From Minisyncoccota bacterium (GTDB lineage Bacteria; Patescibacteriota; Minisyncoccia; Phycocordibacterales; UBA6065), in contig DASWWW010000002.1 in NCBI GenBank assembly GCA_036400935.1, positions 63,939 to 127,938 on the forward strand: 64,000 bases of DNA, in the 5' to 3' direction. A program made the position numbers and the translations under genes. Positions 36,244-45,887 of the stretch are shown in pieces (position 1 is the stretch's first letter; each line of letters opens with the position of its first letter). The notes under the pieces were generated by a model. That model did not search any database, was not told where the DNA came from, and saw only the letters and a program-made list of their open reading frames with translations.

Positions 36244-37449
36244 CTACTTGGCGATGGGAAGAGTGACCGTGAATATGCTTCCCTTGCCCTCCTTGCTCGT
36301 CGCGGTGACCGTGCCATTATGCGCCTCGGCGATCCACTTTACGATGGCGAGCCCGAGGCCCGTGCCGCCAGTCTCCTTCGATCGCGAGCTCTCGGCTCGG
36401 TAGAAGCGCTCAAAGATATGAGGAAGCGCCTGTGAAGATATGCCGACGCCGTTATCCTTGATGTCGACAGAGACGCTCTTGGCCGTTTTCCTGCCGCTAA
36501 TCCACACATCGCCATTGTCCTTTCCGTAGCGGATGGCGTTAGCAATGATGTTTGAGAAGAGGCGCTCGATATATCGCTCATCCCCATTCAGGTCGGCTAC
36601 AGGCAAGGTCCCGATATGGATCGAAATGCCCCTCTCCCTGGCGAATGCCTGGTGCCTCTTGGCGATGCGGGTAATGAGCTCCTTCGACCTTATGGTGCGA
36701 TTGACTACGGTGCGATGGAATTCCCCGCCCGTCGTGAGCAGGGCGAGATCGGACAGGAGATTGTCGAGATGCATGACCTCATTGTTGATGGCCTTCAGCG
36801 TCTCCTCAACCGACTGCGCGTCCCGTGTTTTTGCATGCAAGGCGAGATCGACGTTGCCCTTGATGATAGCCAGAGGGGTGCGCAATTCGTGCGCGGCGTC
36901 GGCGATGAACTCGAGCTTTACCTTCTCCTGCTTCATGAGAGCCTCCAGGCGGTTAGCCTCTTCCGCTCGCTTTCGCTCGGTCAGGTCTACGTTCACAGCC
37001 ACCGACGCCACGACATTGCCGTTCTCGTCATGGATAGGCGCGCCAACGGCCTCGTGGATCCAGCGCTTGCCGCTCGGCAGCTCCACCTCGATCTCTACGG
37101 GGTCGGTCTGGCGGTTCTCGGCGATAGCCCGCTGCATAGGCATCTCGGCTCCGGTAATCTGCTTGCCGTTTATGAAATGGCGCAGCTTTCGGCCCGCGAC
37201 GTTATCGTCCTTGAGGGCGTCCATAGAGATGTTGTCTCCCTGGCCCATCTCAAGCTTGTTGAGGATGTACGGATTTCCAGTAATGAACTCGCAGGTCGTA
37301 TCGGTCGAGAAGGTAATGCCCACAGGCAGCGCCTTGAGGAGCGCTCGCAGTCGCTGGGCGGAATCCAAAAGCTTCGGCGACTTGTGAATAGTCAGCGCCG
37401 GCTCCATCTGCTTCTCCTTCGTCTTCTTAGATACGGCCTTTTTCTTCAT
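36244..37449 (-). CDS. Soluble PAS-domain sensor histidine kinase
   Basis: HELRTPL, NAIRY, DNGVGI, FERFYR and GTGLGL; no TM segment. Confidence 0.95.
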   Translation of the reverse strand: MKKKAVSKKTKEKQMEPALTIHKSPKLLDSAQRLRALLKALPVGITFSTDTTCEFITGNPYILNKLEMGQGDNISMDALKDDNVAGRKLRHFINGKQITGAEMPMQRAIAENRQTDPVEIEVELPSGKRWIHEAVGAPIHDENGNVVASVAVNVDLTERKRAEEANRLEALMKQEKVKLEFIADAAHELRTPLAIIKGNVDLALHAKTRDAQSVEETLKAINNEVMHLDNLLSDLALLTTGGEFHRTVVNRTIRSKELITRIAKRHQAFARERGISIHIGTLPVADLNGDERYIERLFSNIIANAIRYGKDNGDVWISGRKTAKSVSVDIKDNGVGISSQALPHIFERFYRAESSRSKETGGTGLGLAIVKWIAEAHNGTVTATSKEGKGSIFTVTLPIAK

Positions 37450-37472
37450 AAATGATTGATTGGCTGCGGCTG

Positions 37473-38141
37473 TTAGTCGCGCATCGTGTAGCCGACGCCT
37501 CGGACGGTATGGATGAGGGGTTTTGCGCCCTCAGGATCGATCTTGCTGCGGAGATAGCGCATATGGACGTTGAGCTCGTGATTGTTCTCCTTGTATCCGG
37601 GCTCCCAGGCGACATCGACGAGCTGCTGGCGGGTGATCGCCTCGTTCTTATTTCGTATAAGGAGAAAGAGAAGGCGGTATTCCTTTGGAGTGAGCGGGAT
37701 GACCTTGCCTGCGCGCACGACCTCGTGCTTCTTGCCGTCGACGACGAGATCATCGAGCTTGAGGATGATCGGATCGGTCGTCTTGCGCCTGCGGAGGACC
37801 GCTCGGACGCGGGCAAAGATCTCCTCGATGCCGAAAGGCTTCGTAATGTAGTCGTCGGCGCCGGTGTCGAGGCCGTTTACCCGGTCGACGATGGTCGTTC
37901 GAGCCGTAAGCATGATGACTGGCGTATGGACCGACCGCGCGCGGAGCTCCTTGCAGACTTCAAAGCCGTCCTTTTTCGGGAGCATGACGTCAAGGAGGAT
38001 CAATGCGTAGTTTCCGGTGGACGCCATCTCGAGGCCCTTCTCGCCGTCATGCGCCATGTCTACAGAATAATGTTCGCTGGTAAGCGCCTTCTTTAAAATG
38101 TCGGCAAGCTTCTTTTCGTCCTCAATAACTAATATTCTCAT
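37473..38141 (-). CDS. OmpR/PhoB-family response regulator
   Basis: LLDVMLP, GADDYITKPF and IHTVRGVGY. Confidence 0.96.
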   Translation of the reverse strand: MRILVIEDEKKLADILKKALTSEHYSVDMAHDGEKGLEMASTGNYALILLDVMLPKKDGFEVCKELRARSVHTPVIMLTARTTIVDRVNGLDTGADDYITKPFGIEEIFARVRAVLRRRKTTDPIILKLDDLVVDGKKHEVVRAGKVIPLTPKEYRLLFLLIRNKNEAITRQQLVDVAWEPGYKENNHELNVHMRYLRSKIDPEGAKPLIHTVRGVGYTMRD

Positions 38142-38179
38142 GATTTTAATATTGTACTATAAATTTAACATTTAGCAAT

Positions 38180-38306
38180 AGTGGAAAAAACCTAAGCAGG
38201 GCCTTATATTAAATACATATTAACTCTATCCACCGAGTTATCCACAGTTTTAAGGGTATTGTAGCCCTATCCCGCCTTTACTTAAATCTATATTAAGAAT
38301 ATATTA
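38180..38306. promoter_or_regulatory. Divergent control region with two direct-repeat boxes and DnaA-box-like sites
   Basis: TTATATTA/ACATATTA (38204-38222), CTATATTA/ATATATTA (38288-38306), TTATCCACA (38238-38246). Confidence 0.55.
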
Positions 38307-38348
38307 AACCTACAGGCGGATTTAAAAGGATTAAAGAAACATTAAATT

Positions 38349-38903
38349 ATGACACTAGCAGAGAAAACATACTTTGAGATCCTCTTAAACCAGGCTCACA
38401 CCACATTTAAGAAGGACCTCCAGCGCTATGCCCTATCGAAGATCGGCAACAAGGCATTGAGCGAGGACCTCGTGCAGGACACATTCGTAAAGACTTGGGC
38501 ATACCTCGCCAAGGGCGGAAAGATCCTCTTCATGCGAGCCTTCCTCTACCGAATCCTCAACAACCTCATCGTAGACGAGTACCGCAAGCGAAAGACCGTA
38601 TCCCTCGACGCAATGTTCAATGACGGATTCGAGCCAGCAGTCGACGACGCCGAGGCTCTCATGGACGCAGCGGACGGAAAGCGCGCACTCGAGGTCGTAA
38701 ACGAGCTCCCAGAGAAATACCAGAGCGTCATGAGCATGCGATTCGAGAAGGATATGTCTCTCGAGGAGATCTCAGCTGTCACGGGCCAGTCAAAGAACAG
38801 CATCACTGTCCAGGTCCACCGCGGCCTGAAGAAGATCAAGTCAATCTACGAGAATCGAGATGCACAGTTCGCAGCGCATTTGGGCAACGCAAGCCACGCT
38901 TAA
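38349..38903 (+). CDS. ECF sigma factor
   Basis: EDLVQDTFVKTW, FLYRILNNLIVDEYRK and region-4 HTH. Confidence 0.93.
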   Translation: MTLAEKTYFEILLNQAHTTFKKDLQRYALSKIGNKALSEDLVQDTFVKTWAYLAKGGKILFMRAFLYRILNNLIVDEYRKRKTVSLDAMFNDGFEPAVDDAEALMDAADGKRALEVVNELPEKYQSVMSMRFEKDMSLEEISAVTGQSKNSITVQVHRGLKKIKSIYENRDAQFAAHLGNASHA

Positions 38904-39056
38904 TTGCACGGGCTTTCGTTGATCACAGTTCGGTACAAACAAATACAGAGGCCGTGTCGTAAAGACAAATAGCCTCAGGCAGGCGCCCGAAGGGGCGCTT
39001 TTGCTTTGCGCCCCTCTCTCCAATAAAAAACACACCGATTAAGGTGTGTTAAGGGC

Positions 39057-39812
39057 TTAGGCCGCCATCGCGAGCTCCGCCCTGCGGAGGGTTGCCAGGA
39101 CGTCCCGGAGCACGATCTCCCGCTTTTCATCGGCGGAGATGACCTTGCCTGCGGCGTCGGTATTCTTTACTCGGCAGAACCTTGGATGCCACGACCACGA
39201 TCCGATCGTGCGGTCATCCTGCGCCACTGCCTCGAGGATGCTTTCGGAACGATGCGCATTGGTGTACTTCTTGCCGAAAAGCTCGGGGAGCCCTTTGGCA
39301 ATCGTATCCATATGGGTGACGCCCGCGTAGTGGTTTTCGGCCCACTCCCACGGGATGCCCTCCATTCGGAAAAGCGTCTTCGTGATCAGCCACGACACCC
39401 GCTTTGCGAAGTACGCCTCGATATCGAAGAGGCCTCTGTCGGTGGCGACGATCGCCGGCTTGTGCCGGACTTTCGGATACTTTTTCTGAAGCATCCGAAT
39501 GGCCTGGCACGCGCGAATCTCATCGTCGAGATGGGACCCGAGCACGCTGAGCTGAAAGCCCGCCCTGCCGAGGTTCACATAGCTGATGTTGTTGGCAAGC
39601 CGGTCCGTAGCAGCCTCAGACACCGACACCGCGAGATACCCCTCCATATTGAGCTTTGGAAGGATATACGGGGCTGTGGTGGTCGATTTGCCGCTTTCGG
39701 GACCGCCCGTAATAGCATGGAACAGGATGGGGCCGTAGCCTTCCCTGTGAGCAAGCAAAGAAAGAAGCTCTCTGAGGCGAAAGCCTCGGTTGAAGGAACT
39801 GGATGGTTTCAT
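39057..39812 (-). CDS. P-loop NTPase, AAA_28 (NadR/Ttd14-like)
   Basis: ITGGPESGKST, SEAAT, DRGLFD and N.HRSE..EA..D..W..HP. Confidence 0.75.
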   Translation of the reverse strand: MKPSSSFNRGFRLRELLSLLAHREGYGPILFHAITGGPESGKSTTTAPYILPKLNMEGYLAVSVSEAATDRLANNISYVNLGRAGFQLSVLGSHLDDEIRACQAIRMLQKKYPKVRHKPAIVATDRGLFDIEAYFAKRVSWLITKTLFRMEGIPWEWAENHYAGVTHMDTIAKGLPELFGKKYTNAHRSESILEAVAQDDRTIGSWSWHPRFCRVKNTDAAGKVISADEKREIVLRDVLATLRRAELAMAA

Positions 39813-39865
39813 ACTGATGTTAAAAATATATTAAATCAGTGTGAAAGTCAACAGTGGATAACTTT

Positions 39866-40462
39866 TTATTTCTTTGAACGGTTTGCGAAGAGGTAAACGC
39901 CGACGGCAGCGGTCGCGCCGAGGACGTCCATAAGCATGTCTTTCTGAGCGTCCCAAATATCGCCCTGCGAACCGAGAAAAGCGGCTCCCGATTCCCCGCC
40001 ATATGTCGCCGCGTATATCCACTCGATCCATTCATAGAAAACCGCGACAAAAGCCAGGGCAAAAATCGAATACGTTGCTGCGACCCACTTCTTTGCGACC
40101 AATTTACGACTGACAAGATATTCTATGATCGGCAAGGCATAGAATCCTACAGAGAAATGCGCGACGCGATCGAACATGTTTCGCTCGAAGCCGAAGAGGT
40201 TGTTGAACCAGTCGAACGGGACGAGCTCAAAGGTGTAGTGCCCGCCGATAGTGTGAAGAAACGGCAGGATGAAAATGAAAAGGTATGTGGTATTCGAGAA
40301 GCGAACGCCACGGCAATAGAGAAGGACGGCAAAAGCCACGAGCGCGACGATTGGCAGGTTTTCCGCATACCAGACAGTGCGAGAAAACGGATTGACGCCT
40401 GCGATTATGAATTCGACTACGTAGATAGCGAGGAGGATGTGCGGGAAGTATTTTTTGAGCAT
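39866..40462 (-). CDS. DUF2238 (YjdF-like) membrane protein
   Basis: LHTIGGHYTFELVP, RNMFDRVAHF and FLGSQGDIWDAQKDM; likely start MLKKYF. Confidence 0.9.
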   Translation of the reverse strand: MLKKYFPHILLAIYVVEFIIAGVNPFSRTVWYAENLPIVALVAFAVLLYCRGVRFSNTTYLFIFILPFLHTIGGHYTFELVPFDWFNNLFGFERNMFDRVAHFSVGFYALPIIEYLVSRKLVAKKWVAATYSIFALAFVAVFYEWIEWIYAATYGGESGAAFLGSQGDIWDAQKDMLMDVLGATAAVGVYLFANRSKK

Positions 40463-40775
40463 GGGGTAAGTATAGCAGTACAGAGACCACTTGATGCCAA
40501 ACGGAAAAATGCTATCTTTGAATCTATGAGGCCCTTCGTTCTTTCCGTTCTTGCAGAAATGGGCATTCCCGACTGGCCACTTGATAAGGACGGCCTGCCA
40601 ATAGCCAAATGGTCTGATTTCGTGGGCGAAGTCAGAATAGTTTGCCACAGCATGACTGGAAGCATGGCCCGTCACAAGATTCTCCATAAGTGGAAAGCCG
40701 CCCTGCTAGAATTTGATCCTGTTATTTAGTGATTTTGTAGCACCGGGTATATACTCGGTGTTTTTTATTTAAAAG

Positions 40776-40857
40776 CAGGACTCGGTCACGGGTATTTTTC
40801 TACTGAAAAATCCCGCGACCCCGCCTCGCGCCGTCGCGCTCCGGCTTTCTCGTCCTG
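40776..40857. repeat. Structured intergenic repeat element, copy B
   Basis: Outer CAGGAC/GTCCTG; CACGGGTA-stem-CTACTG-stem-TCCC; CTCGCGCCGTCGCGCTCCG. Confidence 0.6.
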
Positions 40858-40868
40858 TAATACCCAAC

Positions 40869-40912
40869 CAAACGAAGAAAAGCACCTCTTAAGAGGTGCT
40901 TTTCTTCGTTTG
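40869..40912. terminator. Perfect 44-bp palindrome abutting the tRNA 3' end (bidirectional terminator-like)
   Basis: CAAACGAAGAAAAGCACCTCTT|AAGAGGTGCTTTTCTTCGTTTG. Confidence 0.75.
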
Positions 40913-40985
40913 TGGACCCTACAGGACTCGAACCTGCCACCCCCTCATTGCAAATGAGGTGCTCTACCAGATGAGCTAAGGGCCC
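40913..40985 (-). tRNA. tRNA-Ala(TGC)
   Basis: Cloverleaf with anticodon loop TTTGCAA; G3:U70; CCA not encoded. Confidence 0.96.
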
Positions 40986-41021
40986 GTATATGCCGTTTTT
41001 ACCGACAAAGGCTATTCTACC

Positions 41022-42008
41022 CTATTTTCCAGCCCTTGCAAGAGTTATGACGTGATCCAGGAATTCGGACATCGAAGAGCCGACCGCATTGATGGATTTT
41101 GGCAGCAGGGATTCGGTCGTGAGGCCAGGCAGCGTATTTACCTCGAGGAAATAAACGCCGCGCTTTGGATGGACGATGAAATCAGATCGAGAATAGTGGC
41201 GCAGGCCGAGTTCGGCATGCACGGCCTGGGACGCCTCCTGGAGGGCGCGCTTTGTCGCCTCATCGAAGTTCCCTGGGCAGATTTCGAGCGATCCCCCGCC
41301 GTATTTTGCCTGATAGTCGAAGAAAGGAGACGCCGAATGCGGCACGATCTCTACGGGGAGCAATGCGTACTGCTTTTCGCCGCGAAAATGATCAAGGACG
41401 CCACAGGTCGCCTCGCGACCCTCGATGAATTCCTCGATGATGATCGAGTCCGAGTGCTCGAGGGCCGCCGCGATCGCCTTCTCAAGGGTGAAGAAGTCGC
41501 GCACGACGGTCACGCCGACGGACGAGCCTGCAGAGAGCGGCTTTACGATCGATGGGTGCGGAATTTCGCGGAAAATCGCGTGAGCGCCCTTGGCTGCGAC
41601 ATCCTCGCGCGTGAAAATCTTGTGCGCCGCCATCTTTACCTTGCCCATGAGCCTCTTCAGGCCGCCTTTGGTCAGGTGCTTGTTCATGGCGATAGCCGAC
41701 GGCAGCGACTGCGAGCCCGTAAACGGGATGCCGAGATGCTCCAAAATGCGCTGGACCTTTCCGTCCTCGCCGAACTGGCCATGAAGGGCCACGAACGCCA
41801 CGTCGGCATGCTTGAGGGCGTCAGCAGGCTTCTTTTCGATGCCGTGGACGTGCCAGACGCCGTCCTTTGATATGAAGATATCGATGCCCTCGTACTTTGG
41901 GGGCAGGTTCTTGAGAACGGTATCGCCCGTCTTGAGCGAGACCTCGTATTCGGACGACGGCCCGCCTCGCAGGACGGCCACTCGGATCTTGTGAGAAGAA
42001 TGCGACAT
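41022..42008 (-). CDS. ddl: D-alanine--D-alanine ligase
   Basis: GGPSSEYEVS, LHGQFGEDG, GSSVG and LEVNTLPG. Confidence 0.96.
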   Translation of the reverse strand: MSHSSHKIRVAVLRGGPSSEYEVSLKTGDTVLKNLPPKYEGIDIFISKDGVWHVHGIEKKPADALKHADVAFVALHGQFGEDGKVQRILEHLGIPFTGSQSLPSAIAMNKHLTKGGLKRLMGKVKMAAHKIFTREDVAAKGAHAIFREIPHPSIVKPLSAGSSVGVTVVRDFFTLEKAIAAALEHSDSIIIEEFIEGREATCGVLDHFRGEKQYALLPVEIVPHSASPFFDYQAKYGGGSLEICPGNFDEATKRALQEASQAVHAELGLRHYSRSDFIVHPKRGVYFLEVNTLPGLTTESLLPKSINAVGSSMSEFLDHVITLARAGK

Positions 42009-42115
42009 GCGTTTAGTATAACCTGAAAAGCTGCCGCAGGGTTTCGTTGACAAAACCGATATTTGAACGTAATTTACGAATCGAGACACGTCCCTTCAAC
42101 CAACGCAATTTCCAT

Positions 42116-42706
42116 ATGAGTTCATTTGTTAACGGAGCCGTCGGAGAGGTCCAAGACCTCGCGACCGCGGCAAAAATGCATGCCGAAGGCAAGCTGATTG
42201 CGGTGGAATTTATCCGCCGCATCGAGCTTCAAATTCAAATGTTGAGCGAAGCGCTCAACTTATTCCTAGCGAATCGAGGCCTGCCATTCAGCAGCGGCCA
42301 GCTGTTGGTATTCGCCGAACTCCTCGTCGATGCTGACACGGTCCTAGGCCGTCGCGCTGGCGCAAAGACCGCCATGGTCCATCCAGACCGCGAACTGTAC
42401 GAAAACTACAACGCGGCGGAATGGTTTGCCGTTGCCTCTATCGTGACGCCACTCCACCCCTGGCTTCGCGAAGGCTGGTCACGAGTAGCCTGGAACGAGC
42501 GCACCGAGGGCAGCAGACCGGAAATCATGATGATTCCAGGGCCCGAGCTGAGCAACCGAGTCGAGCAACTGCACCTTATGCTCATCTCAGAGATGCTCAA
42601 GCTCAACGCTCCAGGATGCTATGAGCATATCGGCAGGATAGTCGATGTCGCGAAAAGGATTCAAACGATATTCAAAAGCGCGATCCCGCTCCCTTCCTCA
42701 GCATAG
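42116..42706 (+). CDS. Orphan hypothetical protein
   Basis: TTGACA at 42047; terminator at 42705-42733. Confidence 0.65.
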   Translation: MSSFVNGAVGEVQDLATAAKMHAEGKLIAVEFIRRIELQIQMLSEALNLFLANRGLPFSSGQLLVFAELLVDADTVLGRRAGAKTAMVHPDRELYENYNAAEWFAVASIVTPLHPWLREGWSRVAWNERTEGSRPEIMMIPGPELSNRVEQLHLMLISEMLKLNAPGCYEHIGRIVDVAKRIQTIFKSAIPLPSSA

Positions 42707-42763
42707 CCGCCGATCATATCGGCGGCTTTTTATTGCAATATGGACAAATAAAAAAGAGAGCCG

Positions 42764-43339
42764 TTAGCTCTCCTTGGATTGCCGCGGTAACGGCTTTTTT
42801 AACTCAAAGCTGTCGCAGCACATTCCATTTGCCCTATCAAAGCACGTTTTGCAGACATACACCTCATAGACGCCTCCCCAGACATTGATAAGCGCTGAAT
42901 GGGTGGCCTTCGCGGAGGCACCATCAGGACAATCCTTCAAGTGGCATTCGTGCGTTCCGGGAACCAGCGGAAAATTCGGCGAGGAACAGTCTCGGACGCG
43001 ATCCTTGCCGAACAAGCGATTTGCCCTCACGAGCGGCGAAAATCTTCCGATCGGCTTCAGGTCGGTAGGCTCGAAGCAGATGACACGCGGGCAGTTCCGG
43101 TAATTTTCCAAAGTAGGAATACCGCCCTTCCACTCTTCGGCCTCACGAGAGCCGACGAATTTGTAAGCATCGACTTCCTTATCAAAATAGACCGCAATCG
43201 GACCGTCTTCGGGAACCAGATTGCTTGCGACATCAATAACAAGTCCCTCGCATCCGTCAAAACTGGTGCCACACACGACAACAATTGATTCATTAGCAAT
43301 AGCAGGCGGAGTAATCTCCGCAGGAGAAGAGCTAGTCAT
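42764..43339 (-). CDS. Cys-rich hypothetical protein (SH3/KOW-like N-part, possible Zn-binding C-part)
   Basis: CHLKDC, CKTC and CC; TTGACT promoter at ~43370. Confidence 0.6.
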   Translation of the reverse strand: MTSSSPAEITPPAIANESIVVVCGTSFDGCEGLVIDVASNLVPEDGPIAVYFDKEVDAYKFVGSREAEEWKGGIPTLENYRNCPRVICFEPTDLKPIGRFSPLVRANRLFGKDRVRDCSSPNFPLVPGTHECHLKDCPDGASAKATHSALINVWGGVYEVYVCKTCFDRANGMCCDSFELKKPLPRQSKES

Positions 43340-43373
43340 AACGAAAATCTACGCTTTTGCGGAGCAAAGTCAA

Positions 43374-44669
43374 TTAGAACTTCCCCTTCCTCGGATTCCT
43401 CATCCTGCGCAATTTTCGATGGTATGAAAGAGAAAATCGGTGCGCTTCATGGTTTGCGAGGAGGATGGATTTCTTGTGCTGCTCGATCAGAGCGGCGCCG
43501 GATTCGTCGCCGAGCAGTCCTGCTGGCTTGTGGCGCTCGTCTTTGACCACGGACACTATCGGGACGTTGATACCGCGCTCCGCGAACACCTTCATGGCGA
43601 GATTGAGCTGGTTCTGGCCGCCATCTATGACCACCAGGTCAGGAGTGCGCCATTCCGGGTGATTGAAGCGCCTCTCGATGATCTCGCGCAGGCTCGCCGT
43701 GTCGTTGTTGCCGATCTCCGGGGACAGCTTGAACTTGCGATACTCATTCTTATCGAGCTCGCCATCCGAGACGACAGTCATGACGCCGGCGCTCTCCTTG
43801 CCGGACATATGCGCGGTATCGTACGCCTCGATGCGGAATGCGCGATTGAGCACGGAACCGTCCGCGCCGATTACCCCGCTGTCATTTGCGCCCGCGGTTC
43901 GGGTAATGAGCTCGACATCCTCCTTGATGAGGGCGATATCACGGATATGGTCGAGGGCGAACATCTTCTGGCGCACCTCGGCGGCCTTCTCGAATCGCAA
44001 TGCCTTGGCATGCTCGTCCATCTCGCGGCCGAGCGCGGCCAGGAGCTTGCCCTTCTTGCCCTCGAAAAAGAGGATGATATGGTCGATATTCTTTTGATAC
44101 TCGATGCGAGCCTCCTCAGACGCAGTATCAGGGGCAAGCCCAAGCTGACGATAGAAGATAGCCGTGTATTTCGACGAGGAATGCTTGTCGATAAACGGAA
44201 ACATTTTGCGGATGATCTTCAGAGCCTCACGCAAGGCAGAACCGTTGGTAAACGGGCCGAAGGTCTTGCGAACCCTGAGCTCCTTCTTCTGGCGCTCGAC
44301 CTCGAGCGTCCTGCCGCGGATGATGAGGATGCGCGGGAACTTCTCTTTGGTTATGACGACGTAGTTAAAGCTGCGATCGTCCTTCTCCTTTACGTTATAG
44401 TCGGGCCAGTGCTTCTTGATGAGGTTTGCCTCGGCGATCATTGCCTCGAGAACCGAATCAGTCTCGACCCACTCGATCGTATCCGACTTGAAAACCATGT
44501 CGACCAATCGCGGCCCGCGGGTATGTATGAGATCCGCGCCGAAATAGCTGCGTACGCGGTCGCGCAGGCTGGTCGCCTTGCCTATGTACAATATTTTCCC
44601 GGCAGATTTCCAGAAGTAGACTCCTGGCGCGTCGGGCATATTGAGCTTTGCGAATTCGGCTATGGTCAT
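43374..44669 (-). CDS. uvrC: Excinuclease ABC subunit C (short form)
   Basis: GVY..YIGKA GIY-YIG, UVR domain, RIEAYDTAH and PDLVVIDGG; no HhH tail. Confidence 0.92.
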   Translation of the reverse strand: MTIAEFAKLNMPDAPGVYFWKSAGKILYIGKATSLRDRVRSYFGADLIHTRGPRLVDMVFKSDTIEWVETDSVLEAMIAEANLIKKHWPDYNVKEKDDRSFNYVVITKEKFPRILIIRGRTLEVERQKKELRVRKTFGPFTNGSALREALKIIRKMFPFIDKHSSSKYTAIFYRQLGLAPDTASEEARIEYQKNIDHIILFFEGKKGKLLAALGREMDEHAKALRFEKAAEVRQKMFALDHIRDIALIKEDVELITRTAGANDSGVIGADGSVLNRAFRIEAYDTAHMSGKESAGVMTVVSDGELDKNEYRKFKLSPEIGNNDTASLREIIERRFNHPEWRTPDLVVIDGGQNQLNLAMKVFAERGINVPIVSVVKDERHKPAGLLGDESGAALIEQHKKSILLANHEAHRFSLSYHRKLRRMRNPRKGKF

Positions 44670-44874
44670 ACGCTATTATTCTTGCATTATATCATAAAGT
44701 ATGCTGTAATACTACTTGAACCATGAAAGAATCCCGCTTTTCAGCCGTTTGGCGCCGAAAGCGCGCCAAACGTCCGGAATCTGGTAAAATAAGCCAGGCC
44801 TCCGCCTTTCCGAAACTCCACTCCGTCCGCTCGCGCAGACGTTCCAAACCTTTCAGATCAACCTGTTCCCCACA

Positions 44875-45426
44875 ATGATACCCGTCAACGCAAACACGCG
44901 CTCGCACTACACCGTCGCCGGCCTAGCGCTCGGCCACAAGCTCAGCCCCCGGTCGCGCTATTGGCTCAACAATAGCCTGCGATTCCTCATCAAATGGGGC
45001 ACGATCGCTCTCGTAGTCACAGTCCCCCTACTGGCGGTCCATCCGTTCGTACTCGGACTCTACAAGAGCTATCCGTGGCTGCCCTTCGCTGCCGCCCTCG
45101 GGCCCGGTGCCATCCTGTCGACGATTTACCTCGTCTTCAAGACGCCCAGGGAAACCGCAAGGCTGTCGCCGGAGGACCGCGACGCGATCAACGCGCGACT
45201 CAGGAACTTCTGCCTGCTGTGCGCCTCGATCGCCATGGTAATCCTGGCGATTTCGATGGCGCATCCCATGCTTCGGAGCTTCTACGAGGAGCACGTGCCA
45301 TTGCTTGTCGGTCTTCTCGCCGCCATCCTCGTCCTCCCCGCAACCCTGTACTACTTGGTCAAGATGCCAAGGGGTCAGGCGAAGCGCCATCGGGAAACCC
45401 CCGACCTGGAGGCGCGGACAGCGTAG
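44875..45426 (+). CDS. Four-TM membrane protein with internal duplication
   Basis: Two HP..Y...TM..K.PR..A.R units; terminator at 45432-45460. Confidence 0.7.
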   Translation: MIPVNANTRSHYTVAGLALGHKLSPRSRYWLNNSLRFLIKWGTIALVVTVPLLAVHPFVLGLYKSYPWLPFAAALGPGAILSTIYLVFKTPRETARLSPEDRDAINARLRNFCLLCASIAMVILAISMAHPMLRSFYEEHVPLLVGLLAAILVLPATLYYLVKMPRGQAKRHRETPDLEARTA

Positions 45427-45551
45427 TCACCGCAGGCCCCATAAAGGCCTGCTTTTTTATTTGACACATTTATAATATGATGTAAAGTATTGAGCGGGAA
45501 ATTCCTTTCCCTTGCACAGTTACAACCCGACAAGTCAGTACCTCACAAACC

Positions 45552-45887
45552 ATGAAGTTCACGCCTTACGGCAAGAAATCGTTCCAACGGCTCAAGAAGG
45601 GCTACATCCTCCTGAAGGACGGCGCCAAGCGCGCGTTCCAGGCCTTCTCGGTCGCGCACGCGCTCGAGGCTATCAAGACAGCGCTCCGTCTCAACGACGC
45701 GAGCCATCCGACCCTCAAGGCAGCAAATGTGGTCAAGGCGTTCCTCGGCAGTCACACGGTCATCGATTTCAGCGCGACCATGTCGAAGGCCCGCAGCGCC
45801 GGCCGCAGCAATCGCTGGACGATTAAGAAGCGCCCCAGCCGCCATCCCAACGCTCCCAGCCGGCGCGGCGCCCTTGCCTTCGCCTAA
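45552..45887 (+). CDS. Small very basic orphan protein
   Basis: TTGACA promoter at 45461; terminator at 45912-45945. Confidence 0.6.
   Translation: MKFTPYGKKSFQRLKKGYILLKDGAKRAFQAFSVAHALEAIKTALRLNDASHPTLKAANVVKAFLGSHTVIDFSATMSKARSAGRSNRWTIKKRPSRHPNAPSRRGALAFA

Noticed and set aside
38142-38348. oriC candidate (AT-rich, DnaA boxes)
   Set aside because: Only one perfect box, no dnaA/dnaN nearby, and core genes stay on the same strand on both sides.
40463-40729. N-terminal extension of the DUF2238 gene, or a + strand fragment (..MGIPDWPLDKDG..)
   Set aside because: The extension looks non-homologous; the + strand piece has a terminator but no clear start, so neither can be supported.
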